Origin: Eledone cirrhosa
Lineage: Eukaryota
Reading direction: 5' to 3'
Length of the DNA stretch: 64,000 nt
NCBI GenBank assembly: GCA_964016885.1
Contig: OZ024743.1
Span: forward strand, 52,762,001-52,826,000
Below are positions 25,788-46,149 of this stretch, in pieces. The notes under the pieces were generated by a model that was given only the letters and a program-made list of their open reading frames with translations, was not told where the DNA came from and searched no databases. Position 1 is the stretch's first letter. Each line of letters starts with the position of its first letter. A program made the translations under genes and the position numbers.

Positions 25788-28258
25788 CGAGGGAGCCAAA
25801 GCTGTTAGCTGGGCCCGCGTGACGGAAGCGAAAAATGGCAACAAGTCCACGATTCGGTCTTTGAAGGACCAAGACGGACGCGTGATACGTGAGCTGAAGC
25901 AGATGTGCGCGGCCTTTCAGCGGAACTTTGCTCAACTGTTCGGACAGGGCGGCGCGCCGAGAGGGGCTATGGATTTCGGTCCATACCTCGACGGCCTACT
26001 GCGACTCTCGGACAGCGAGGCGAAGTTCTGCGAAAGGCCGATTTCGGCTGCTGAGAGGACGCACTGAGCCAATGCGGCAAACGCAAATCTCCAGGTCTCG
26101 ACGGTCTACCCTACGAATTTTACGTAGCATTGCCGGACTTGTTCTCCGGTCTCCTGGAAGCGGTCTACTGCCATACGGCCATAACTCTTCTCAACACAGA
26201 TTTTTGCCAGGGTGTTGGCAAAGAGGCTGGCGCTTGTCGTCGAAAACCTGGAGGGAGAAGTGCAGACATGCGCAATCCCGACAAGATCCATACAGGACAA
26301 CCTCCACCTCATGCGATACATAATAGAGAGGGTAGGGGTGTAAACCCGGCTTCGGTGGGGCCCTGATCAACTTGGATCAGTCTAAGGCTTTCGATAGGGT
26401 TGACCATCGTTACCTGCATGCGGTGCTCGAGGCTGCAGGCTTCGGACCCATGTTCAGGGGCTGGATTGCTTGAAAGCACAGCAGCAACATCTGCTCAAGG
26501 GTCAAGGTTAACGGCTACCTCTCGGAGCCGTTCCATATCATGCGATCCATCCGACAGGGATGCCATCTCTTCTCCCTTCTGTACGTACTGACTCTCGAGC
26601 CACTACTGCGGGGGTTGGAGCTATTGCAGGGTATCCCTTTGGAACCAGGACTGCGAAAAGCGGCGTCGGCCTATGCCGACGATGTGACAGTAATGGTGTC
26701 GAGTACCTCGTAAATCGGGGAGGTCGGCACCTTACTGAAGGAATACGAAAGGTTCACAGGACGCTGAACCGGGACAAATCCGTCTGTTTGCAACTCGGAA
26801 ATTGGAGAGACAAACCGATGCCTTCCGATGGCGTCGTCGGACGCTGGACGGAAGGACTGGTAAAGCTGCTCGGGGTCTGGTTTGGTCCGGACCTCCAGGT
26901 GGAGAAGAACTGGAACGAGGTCACGGCCAAGGTGTTTGCGCTCACCCAGAAGTGGGCCGAGTGCAAACTATCCTTGAAATTCGAGCGGAGGTGGAGAACA
27001 CTTTTATAGCGTCTATCATCTACTACCGTTTGACCGTCGTGCCTTGTCCAGCCAAAATGCTCACCAAAATGGAGCGCGCGCTCTTCCAATTCCTTTGGAA
27101 GAAAAGGACTCCTTTGGTGAGAAGATCCTTCTGCTGCCAACACCCTTCAAATGGAGTGCTGGGGATGCCGTGGCTGACGATGCACAAACACGCGCTCAGG
27201 CTGCGGCACCTCCACGTATTCCTCACCGGACAACAGGTGTGGGCCCCGTTCGTGAGGCGAGCATTCCCACGACTCGTCTCGCTGACCGAGCTGCAGTCCT
27301 GGGTCAAGCAAAGACCGAGGAAAATGGGCGACTGGCACATCTAATGTGCTCAGGCGCTCACAGCTCTCTGGCAGGCGGACCCGGCGATCAGTGGAGACTC
27401 CACTTCGTCATTCTATAGAGGGTTGGTTCGCAGCAAGTGCGACGACGCGCTCGGAGAAACTCTAGGCGTAGAGGAAGACGAACTGGCCAGTCTGTTCGGT
27501 AGAACCTTCCGCCCGGGACCGATGGACAACTTCCAAATGTCCCTGGCCTAGAAGTGCTACAGACACGGGCGCCCGGGCAGGGACCCTTCGAAAAAGATCT
27601 GTCCGAGATGCGTGCGCGACGAGAAAAACCGTCGCGCACGCATTTGTACACTGCCCGGGCGTTACTGACCTGTGGGGCTATGTAGAACGACTATTGTCGC
27701 GGGTGGGACCAATCCAGTTGACCACCGAGTCCATTGTCATGATCAAACCGCCACCCTCCTTCAAAAACGAAGGAGAGGCAGTTTTCCTATGTGTTATGGC
27801 TATGGTGAAAGAGGTTATATGGTGGACGAGATTAAAAGGGCTGAGGTCAGACACCTTTCTCTCCGGCGAACAACTGATTCGTTTTTTAAATATCATTTTG
27901 GAAGAAGAATCAGGACGGAGAGAGAGGTGCTGCACCCCAGAAAATTTTATAAAAGGTGGGTGAATGGGGCAAAGATGACCCGAGTAATTGGGCCTTCTCT
28001 CTATATAAGCCTGTAGGTTGAGGAAAAAGAGAAAGAGAGGAGGGGAGTACTTACTCTTGGTGCTCCCGGAGATGAGGGTTGTACATTTTTTCGGGGTGTG
28101 TACAACCCCTGTGTAACGACCCCCCTCCCCCCCTGTTGAGGATTTAAATTGTTATTTGTTATTTTATTAATAGTTTTATTTTCATATACCTGTATGTAAA
28201 CTCCCCATTTGTATTTGTCCCCTTCTATTGTGCCCTCGTGGCAATAAATAGAAATTTG
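25788..28258 (+). pseudogene. Second, longer Tx1/L1-clade LINE fragment of a related subfamily
   Basis: [34 protein letters not shown] and CPRC-type zinc knuckle. 3' UTR similar to copy 1. Ends AATAAA followed by (CTAC)n. Confidence 0.9.
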
Positions 28259-28635
28259 TCTACCAACGTACCTACCTACCTACCTACCAACCTACCAACC
28301 TACCTACCTACTTACCTACCTACCAACCTATCTATCTATCTATTTACCTAAGTCTCTCTCTGACTCCCATTCTTTCTCTCTTTCTCCCTCTCACTCACAC
28401 AGCCACTCTCTAATGTTCGTAACGGGTCCTCAAATGTATGATTGGTTTAATTAATCCTAGGATTAAAGTAACTTATACTACGCCCCATATATATAATGCA
28501 TAGATGCATATATATATATATATATATATATAATGCATAGATGTGTATATATGTATGCATTACACGTTTACACACGTGGGTGAGTATTCATTCCACCCAC
28601 TCATACACTGACCTATTAATTTATTTATTTAATTT

Positions 28636-28673
<38 letters not shown>

Positions 28674-28725
28674 TATATATGTATATATATATGTGTGTGT
28701 ATATATATATATATATAAATATTTG

Positions 28726-28790
<65 letters not shown>

Positions 28791-28796
<6 letters not shown>

Positions 28797-29400
28797 GGAA
28801 TAGAATGAAACGAAATTTCTCATTCTTAGTACGGCAGTTACGGCATTATAATAAATGTTCGGTAAACCGATACGTGCATATATATATATGTGTGTGCATG
28901 TATGTATATATATAAATATTACTGTACGTCTGTATACATATATCTATGTACGTATACATACACACATACTTACATTTAAGTGCCGTACTAAGAGTGAGAA
29001 ATGAAATTTCGTTTCATTCTATTCAATTTATCGTTTTCGGTGTGCCCGGCCGACTAAACTCACTCGATATGCAAATTAGGCTGCTCAGCCGTTAATATAC
29101 ATAAGGAAAGTATATACTTTCAGACGTTCAACCATCTGGCAGGAAGGTATACGATGCTGACGATAGCTAATATGCTTGAAACTAGTACATCGTTCCTGTG
29201 TCAGTATTGAACAAAAAGGTGACGTGGTTGCCTAAACACTGTACGGCGTAATTCGGGCTGTTTGTTTGTTTACAAACAAACCGAGCATTATAATAAATGT
29301 TCGGTAAACCGATACGTACATATATATATGTGTGCATGTATGTATATATATACATACAACTGTACGTCTGTATACATATATGTATGTACATACATACATA

Positions 29401-29402
<2 letters not shown>
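28791..29402 (+). mobile_element. Retrozyme-like family B: ~1.3 units of ~442 bp with short 5' inverted piece (28791-28836)
   Basis: GCATTATAATAAATGTTCGG at 28843 and 29285. Octamer 29069-29076. (TA)n flanks. Confidence 0.88.
29151..29193 (+). ncRNA. Type I HHR (family B), predicted cleavage after GUA at 29187
   Basis: ACGATG-CTGACGA-TAGC taatat GCTT-GAAA-CTAG-TA-CATCGT. Confidence 0.92.
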
Positions 29403-29462
<60 letters not shown>

Positions 29463-29590
29463 AAAGTTCTATTTAAAATTGTTGGGATACAACAAGTAAA
29501 TATTTTTATAACTGATATAAAGCACTCGACAAGTATTTGGAGTAGATATACGATATTAATAAATGGAAACTATATTTATAAAACCATATT

Positions 29591-29655
29591 TATTTCATTA
29601 TACATATTTCAGGGATACCAAATTAAATTATGGTATGCCTTCATCAGACAAAATA
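29591..29655 (-). ncRNA. Type I HHR (family G)
   Basis: Minus: TATTTTGT-CTGATGA-AGGCATACC...GGTATCCCT-GAAA-TATGTA-TA-ATGAAATA. Confidence 0.82.
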
Positions 29656-31585
29656 CAATATATAACAGTTTTACAAATAAGCTTTGACGTACCCTATTAA
29701 AATGCAACCATTGTTTTTGGAAGTCATCCGGATAGTGAATTGTTTATATAACTTTAATAAGTTATGAAAAAGTCGGAGAGAAAGAAAAAGACCGAGAGAA
29801 AGAAAAACGTGGAGAAATATCGGAGAGAGAGAGAGATGCATGGAGAAAAAAAAGAAAGAGATAAGTAAAGACAGGAGGAAAGGAAGACAGAAGAAAAAAG
29901 GAAGACATAAGAAAAACAGAGGAAAGCAACAGAGAGATATTAAGTCAACAGACAGATAGAATCTGTTGTCCTAATATCTTTTCTGGAACTTTTGTTGTCT
30001 CGTGTCACAACATTGTGGTGTAAATACCAAACACAGACATACACACACACACATATATATATATACATTCACACATACACATATGTACAGACACACAAAT
30101 AAGCGCACGCGCACACACACACACACACACATACACACGCGCGCGCACATACACACAAACACACACATACACACAGACAGACACACAAACACACACAGAC
30201 AGACAGACAGACACACACACACACACACAGACACACATATATACACAGACACACACCTACCACACACAGACACACACAGACACACAACCACACACACATA
30301 TTGGTGTTAAGAGCCAATCTAATCTGGAATGTTCTTTACTGGAATTACCACAGTTTCAATGGCAGAGATAGTCTTACAGAAACATAATTAATACACACAC
30401 ACACATATACAGACACACACACACAGACACACACACATATACAGACACACACATATACACACACACACACACAGAGACAGACACACACACATATACAGAC
30501 ACACAGACACACAGACACACAGACACACAGACACACACAGACACACAGACAGACACAGACACGCATACACATACAGACAGACACACACACAGACACAGGC
30601 TCACATACACACAGACACATACAGACACAGACACACACACACACAGAGACACACACACACACACACACAGACACACAGACACACAGACACACAGACACAC
30701 ACACACACACACACAGGAACACACAGACACACACACACACAGACACACACAGACACAGACACTCAGACACACAGACACAGGCACACATACACACACACAC
30801 ACACAAATACACACACACACAGGCACACACACAGAGACACAAATACACACACACACATAGACACACACACACATACATACATATATATATATATACACAC
30901 ACTCACTCACTCTCACGTACACATGCTCATACAACCTCACACACCTCCCTCTCACCCACACTCCTTCCCACCTTTTCCATTCTACCACCTCTTTCTCCCA
31001 CCCCATCTCTGCCGCTCTCCTTATCATCTCTCTCTCTCTCTTCGTCCTTCACTCCCCCCTCCTCCTCCTCCTCTTCTTCTTCTTCCTCGTCCTATTTCCC
31101 CCCTCCCCGACCTATTCTCATTTCTTACCACCCCGTCTTCCCCCGTCTCCCACCCGTCTCCCACCCCCCTCTCTCTCTGCCCTTCTCACTCACTCCAATG
31201 ATCACACAGGTTCGATATCCAATCAATCAGTCGCTATTTTCCCTGGATTTTTCTTTCACTTTTTCTTTTCTTTCCTTTCTCCATTTCTATCCAATGTTCC
31301 AACACAAATAAACATAAAATCAATTTTCCATGAAACAAACCACAAATCAAACAACAGGAAGGCACCAGGACGTTTTAAGATTTCAAAATTCAGTTTAAAG
31401 TATTTAAAATTTAAAGTATCTAATTTGACGAGTGTTAAACTTAAAAATAAAAATAAAAATTAAACAAATGTAAAAATTAAAGAAATGTAAAAATGAAACA
31501 ATCTCACAGTAGTTGCCTGTGGAAATATGACATATATATATATATATATAGAATCATTAGAACATCTGGCTGATAAAATGACAAG

Positions 31586-31997
31586 TCAGTCAATCATATT
31601 GGTGGCCTCCCCACTCGTGGACAGAATGGAGAAGGCGTTTCCCCGGAGGACGGCAAGGGAGACGCTCTGGAAAAGCCATTCCAACTCGCGAGGCTCACAC
31701 CTGCGGCTGGCCAGCTCAGCGCCTATGGTGGTGAGTAGGGAGATAGCCCAAGGACCGAGGACACCAGAAGTCTCCACTGCCAATGGTACAACCGCAAACC
31801 TGTCGGAGAGTGACCGGTATTTGAAGAGTTTGGCCTCCTCAGCCCGACGTGCAGCAGAACCTGGGTTAGTCGCATCTCCCTTACCATCCTCCGGAGAAAC
31901 GCCTTCTCCGTCCTGTCCGCCGGGGCTGTGGAGAGGCCATGACGTGGGACCCCATTTGCTCACCATACGGGTTAATAGGCAAAGTTATAAACTATTG
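31586..31997. pseudogene. Two CRE-type RLE C-terminal remnants joined head-to-head near 31870
   Basis: Minus: AARRAEEAKLFKYRSL...VPLAVETSGVLG...LFQSVSLAVLRGNAFSIL. Plus: RISLTILRRNAFSVL followed by a 3' UTR also seen at 9580-9632. Confidence 0.75.
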
Positions 31998-32056
31998 TAA
32001 ATAAACCTATTTAATTGTTAACTAAAAAAACAAAACTACATGTTTACAGAAGATCA

Positions 32057-32826
32057 GAAACAGCTAAAGCTCATGATATAAACAGCTAAAGCTCTAGATA
32101 TAAACAGCTAAAGCTCATCATATAAACAGCTAAAGCTCATGATATAAACAGCTAAAGCTCTAGATATAAACAGCTAAAGCTCATGATATAAACAGCTAAA
32201 GCTCATGATATAAACAGCTAAAGCTCATGATATAAACAGCTAAAGCTCTAGATATAAACAGCTAAAGCTCATGATATAAACAGCTAAAGCTCTAGATATA
32301 AACAGCTAAAGCTCATGATATAAACAGCTAAAGCTCATGATTAAACAGCTAAAGCTCATCATATAAACAGCTAAAGCTCATGATATAAACAGCTAAAGCT
32401 CTAGATATAAACAGCTAAAGCTCATGATATAAACAGCTAAAGCTCATGATATAAACAGCTAAATCTCTAGATATAAACAGCTAAAGCTCATGATATAAAC
32501 AGCTAAAGCTCATCATATAAACAGCTAAAGCTCATCATATAAACAGCTAAAGCTCATCATATAAACAGCTAAAGCTCATGATTAAACAGCTAAAGCTCAT
32601 CATATAAACAGCTAAAGCTCATCATATAAACAGCTAAAGCTCATGATTAAACAGCTAAAGCTCATCATATAAACAGCTAAAGCTCATCATATAAACAGCT
32701 AAAGCTCATCATATAAACAGCTAAAGCTCATGATATAAACAGCTAAAGCTCATGATTAAACAGCTAAAGCTCATCATATAAACAGCTAAAGCTCATGATA
32801 TAAACAGCTAAAGCTCTAGATATAAA
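32057..32826. repeat. 21-22-bp minisatellite, ~35 copies
   Basis: Unit AAACAGCTAAAGCTCATGATAT with CATCAT and CTAGAT variants. Confidence 0.95.
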
Positions 32827-32954
32827 AAAAAAATATTGTTTTCTGTTTTCAAGGAACCCAATAAGAAACAGGAATGTCTGATAGTTATGAAGAAAACTGA
32901 GAAAAGAAAAACAACTTAAATTGTGTAAAGGATAAAATCTAAGCCAATGTTATA

Positions 32955-33139
32955 CAGTCAAATTCCGTTATAACGAAATTAACGGGGTATAAAAAAATTC
33001 GTTGTAACGAAAAATTCTTTATAACGTGATCGACCGAAACAAATAGAGCGTTTGTTTGTTATTACCTCGAAGATTGAAAACATTTCGTTATACTGAAAAA
33101 TTCGTTATAATGGTATTCGTTATAACGGAATTTTACCTG
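32955..33139. mobile_element. Tc1/mariner-pogo-type MITE
   Basis: TA-CAGTCAAATTCCGTTATAACGAA ... TTCGTTATAACGGAATTTTACCTG-TA gives TIRs and a TA target duplication. Confidence 0.8.
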
Positions 33140-33409
33140 TACAAACTACCAACGAGATCACTAGAATGAGACTCCGCATACACAGTCTACTGACAGTTCA
33201 CTTCAGTTATTATTTAGAGACATTTCGCCTAGTCCACTTTTAGTAAGGTGGGGGTGTTCAGGGTTTTGCCCTACAACAGCTAATAATTGGCCTATAGAAT
33301 ACCCTGAGAAAACATTGCCAAAAAACTCCAGCATGGCCGGTACAAAAGAAAAACTAACAAAGTGGAGATTATCAAAGAAAATTGGATTGGCCTAGAAACG
33401 CAGAGACTC

Positions 33410-34400
33410 CATGTATGTGTGTGTATGTGTTTTTATGTGCGTGTATGCATGTGTGTGTGTGTATGTTTTCTGTGTGTTTGCATATGTTTTCTGTGTGTTT
33501 GCATATGTTTTCTGTGTGTGTGTGTATCTGTTTTCTGTGTCTGTGTATATCTGTTTTCTTTGTGTGTGTGTATCTGTTTTCTCTGTGTGTGTATCTGTTT
33601 TCTCTGTGTATATCTGTTTTCTCTGTGTGTGTGCACCTGTTTTCTCTGTGTGTGTATCTGTTTTCTCTGTGTGTGTGGATCTGTTTTTCTGTGTGTATGT
33701 GTGTATCTGTTTTCTCAGTGTGTGTGTATCTGTTTTCTCGGTGTGTGTGCATCTGCTTTATCTGTGGGTGTGTATCTGTTTTCTCTGTGTGTGTGCATCT
33801 GTTTTCTGTGTGTGTGTGCATCTGTTTTCTGTGTGTGCATCTGTTTTCTCTGTGTGTGTGCATCTGTTTTCTCTGTGTGTGCATCTGTTTTCTCTGTGTG
33901 TGTGTGTGTATCTGTTTTCTCTGTGTGTGCATCTGTTTTCTCTGTGTGTGTGCATTTGTTTTCTCTGTGTGTGTATCAGTTTTCTCTGTATGTGTATATC
34001 TGTTTTCCCTGTGTGTGTGCATCTGTTTTCTCTCTGTGTGTGTATCTGTTTTCTCTGTGTGTGTGCATCTGTTTTCTCTGTGTGTGTGTATCTGTTTTCT
34101 CTGTGTGTGTGCATCTGTTTTCTCTGTATGTGTGTATTTGTTTTCTCTCTGTGTGTGTATCTGTTTCTCTGTGTGTGTGCATCTGTTTCTCTGTGTGTGT
34201 GCATCTGTTTTCTCTGTGTGTGTGCATCTGTTTCTCTGTGTGTGTGCATCTGTTTCTCTGTGTGTGTGCATCTGTTTCTCTGTGTGTGTGCATCTGTTTT
34301 TCTGAGTGTGTGCATCTGTTTCTCTGTGTGTGTGCATCTGTTTCTCTGTGTGTGTGCATCTGTTTCTCTGTGTGTGTGCATCTGTTTCTCTGTGTGTGTG
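33410..34400. repeat. (CATCTGTTTTCTC(TG)n) ~20-24-bp minisatellite; second block at 35505-36237
   Basis: Direct inspection. Confidence 0.95.
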
Positions 34401-34482
34401 TTGTAATAGTGTGAAACATTCAAATGGTAAATATTACATTACGTTTTCGGGAAGGGTGAGGCTAAATCCATCGAAAATAGGA

Positions 34483-42660
<8,178 letters not shown>

Positions 42661-43020
42661 TTATTTATTGATAGTCGTGTAGTTGTTAGTGTTTATATTT
42701 CGCACAGGTAATCCTTGATCATGCAAACCTATTATAAAAAGCATTTCCGCCGTGACATCATGTCTCTGGTTGCTATTTCTAGCAAATCAAATGTTCACGT
42801 AAAAGTATCTGTTGCTATATAATCGCAGGTCAGCCTTGATCAAGCAAAGCTACGACAAACAGCTTCCCAGATGTGATTCGGGGAAAGCGTATCTTGAAAT
42901 ACATTCTGAGATAGGATTTGTACTTGCCTGGAAAGTGACTTAATCCGAGACTGTGCTGAATGGTTAGCAATTACATAGTGGAAGAGTAATTTCACCCTTA
43001 ACAACTTCGTGGGAGTACAT

Positions 43021-44133
43021 TTACAAGTTATCTCCTTCAGAATACAACCCTTGGGAAATGACACAGCCGTTCCAACGTTTTTCCATTGATTGTAGCAGTA
43101 CTGGAAGTCATTTTCTGTGCGAGACCTTTCAACTTCGATTTCAACTTAGAAATTACACGGAGCTAGATCTGTGCTATAAGGAGGATGTCGAAGAGTGGGA
43201 ATGTTTTTCTTGGAAGAAATTCTCTAATTGAAAATGCTGTGTGAGCAGGCGCATTACTGTGGTGCAGTATCCAATCTCCTGCAATGTCCTTTCGGACGCA
43301 CTGGACCCATTTTCGAAGTCGTTCCGAGACATCTTTGTAGAAGGGGTGATTAACTGTCTATCCTGGGGGTAAAACTCCTTTCTGGACGATTATCGAAAAA
43401 AATGATAATCATCTTTTTCACCATGGATTTACTCATGTTTGCCGTTTTGTCTATGGATCGTACTCGAAAACTCATGATTCATCTCCTGTGATTACTTTAA
43501 CCAAGAAATTTGGTTCGATTTCGAAACTTTCTAGGAAATCCTGACAAATTTCCAGCCGGTTCACCTTTTGCTTTATAGACAAATTTTACACAAATTTTTC
43601 GTATGAGCAAATAGTCTGTTAAAATTCTGTGAGCTGCATTATTATCCAAGACCGTTTCTTTTACAATTATCTTAACACTTCATCAGTGATCTTTCACTAT
43701 CACCGCTCACACCACTTCCACATTTTGGTTCAATTGTTGACGAAATTGGTCTTACAGACCGTAGTTCGCGTTCAACATTTTCTTGGCCCTCTTTGAAAGC
43801 CTAGTGTCACTTAAAAACCTCACTTCTCGATAGAGTGGCATCTCCATAAGCTTGTGTTAAAGAATTAAATGTTTTGGTGATAGATTTGTTGAGTTTTACA
43901 CCAAATTAGATCGCGTATTGTTCGATATTTCCATGCATCGCAGGCGTAACAGGATATAAACACGTCTGTACAGAAACATCAATAATTCAGGATTGGCTCA
44001 ATAGATTATGTTGAAACAAGTATGTACGTGTAGCCAAGGACATAACCAACACGCCTACATACCTCAATGGGGAGCTGCGTTACCATCTTGTACATAGGAA
44101 AATCAATACTCTTACTTTTGAGATTCACCTCGT
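43021..44133 (-). pseudogene. Degraded mariner transposase (about 43938 to 43021) with upstream TIR
   Basis: QAYGDATLSRSEVF HTH-like N-terminus, VITGDES*VFEYDP*TKRQ, WILHHSNAPAH, HPPYSTDLAP, EGDNL*. TA-CGAGGTG... TIR-like end near 44132. Confidence 0.85.
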
Positions 44134-44529
44134 ATGATTATATATATATATTGAAGGTAAACTATCAGAACGTTGATTAAATTAAAATTCTTAGAAAATG
44201 TAGAAATCTCAAATAACTGTAAACTGACAATTAATTTAAATAACTTAGAAAATCAGGTAAACACTCTATAGACGGAAAGAAGTGGCCAGTCGAAAAGTCC
44301 AACTCTGCACCTCTCTTATGTACGGATTTCATTATATATATATAAAGGCGGTGGATTGGCAGTATCGGTAGAGGGTCGGATGCCATGCTTTCCGGCATAG
44401 TTACGTCCCTTAACGATCTGAGTTCAAATCCCACCGAGGTTGACTTTGCCTTTCATCTTACGGGGTCGATAAAATAAAGTACCAGTAATGCACTGGGTAA
44501 TTGCTGGCCTTGTGCCAAAAAGTAGAAAC

Positions 44530-44560
<31 letters not shown>

Positions 44561-44676
44561 ATGAACTTTATACTTTATATATATATATATATAGGAGGTG
44601 AGTTTTATTGTAGTACAATAAAGCAATGCAGATATCGGATAAGTAGCACTCTACAGTTTGTAGGACTGGAGTATAA

Positions 44677-44958
44677 ATAATATAAGATCAAAAGATGGTT
44701 AAAAGAGTTCCATGTATTTTATTATGCGCATTTCAAAAACAAATATCATCATGCGATGACATTTGCGTTTTCGTCAGATATAATAGGGAGACATGATATG
44801 AAGGTTAAAAAACTGCACTAATCACAAGTGTTTTTTAACCTTCATATCATGTCTCCCTATTTTATCTGACGAAAATGCAAATGTCATCGCATGATGATAT
44901 TTGTTTTTGAAATGCGCATAATAAAATACATGGAACTCTTTTAACCGTCTTTTGATCT

Positions 44959-44966
<8 letters not shown>
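44677..44966. repeat. Inverted repeat (~136-bp arms) carrying an intact HHR on each strand
   Basis: Plus 44858-44928: TATTTTAT-CTGACGA-AAATGCAAATGTCATC gcat GATGATATTTGTTTTT-GAAA-TGCGCA-TA-ATAAAATA. Mirror copy on minus at 44715-44785. Confidence 0.9.
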
Positions 44967-45018
<52 letters not shown>

Positions 45019-45269
45019 GTAGAACACTGGAAGGTAATATCCGTAGTGGTAGAGCACTCAGTCCATGGGACGAGTTAGGTAGAAGTAGTAACACAACAGT
45101 TTCATCTTATGGGGATCTTCAGCTCGGACCAGTAAAACAATGAGTTATTTAATTTGTTGATTATTCAACAAAGTGAATTTATAACAGATTAGAAGCACTC
45201 AACAAAATTATTCTGGAGTATAATATCAATAATATTAATAAATGGAAACTATCTTTATAAAACCATATT

Positions 45270-45330
45270 TATTTTATTATATATATTTCAAGGGCACCAG
45301 TATTTTGGTAAGCTCTCATCAGATAAAATA
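45270..45330 (-). ncRNA. Type I HHR (family G copy 2)
   Basis: Minus: TATTTTAT-CTGATGA-GAGCTTACCA...TGGTGCCCTT-GAAA-TATATA-TA-ATAAAATA. Flank is similar to 29520-29600. Confidence 0.82.
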
Positions 45331-45434
45331 TAATATTTCGTTTAAAGATAGTGACATATCGACATATGAACTTAATGTTATGAGTTCAATGCATATATAT
45401 ATATTGATATAGACACACACACACACACACACAT

Positions 45435-45573
<139 letters not shown>

Positions 45574-45583
45574 CACACACACG

Positions 45584-45619
<36 letters not shown>

Positions 45620-46149
45620 AATATACATATTTGTGTATGCATGCCTGTGTGTACTTTCATGCGTATTCGTCTGTTTATAATTATACATGTGTACATGTGT
45701 CTATAAAAGTGCGTGTGTTTATGACTGTGTGCGTGTATGTGTGTGTGTGTGTGTGTATGTGAAAGAGAGAGAGAGTGTGTGTGTATATGTGAAAGAGAGA
45801 GAGAGAGTGTGTGTGCGTGTGTATGTGTGTGTGAGAGAGAGAGAGAGGATAAGATAACTATTTTAACAGGAGGAAGGAGATAATGTTTGGCAACCTAAGC
45901 TGGTTGTGTTGGAGTAAAACATCTTGTAACTCCTTCTGATAGCCGGAAGCTGACAGGAAATGAACAATTGAGTGAGTTGAATCATGGGATAACATGATAG
46001 CATGATAGGTCTTGATGTAAACTGATGAACTGCTTGGACTTCCGATTGTTGAGGAGAGAATTAGGAATTTGATTGAAGCAGACGACAAGCGAGATATAGT
46101 CAGAATGACGTACCATTGTTAATATAATCATGTATGTAATGGCGGGGCG

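Noticed and set aside
45858-46130. Possible PLE thumb-domain relic (SVYIKTY..LSHDSTH); similar weak hint at 20545-20880
   Set aside because: Too degraded to call by eye.
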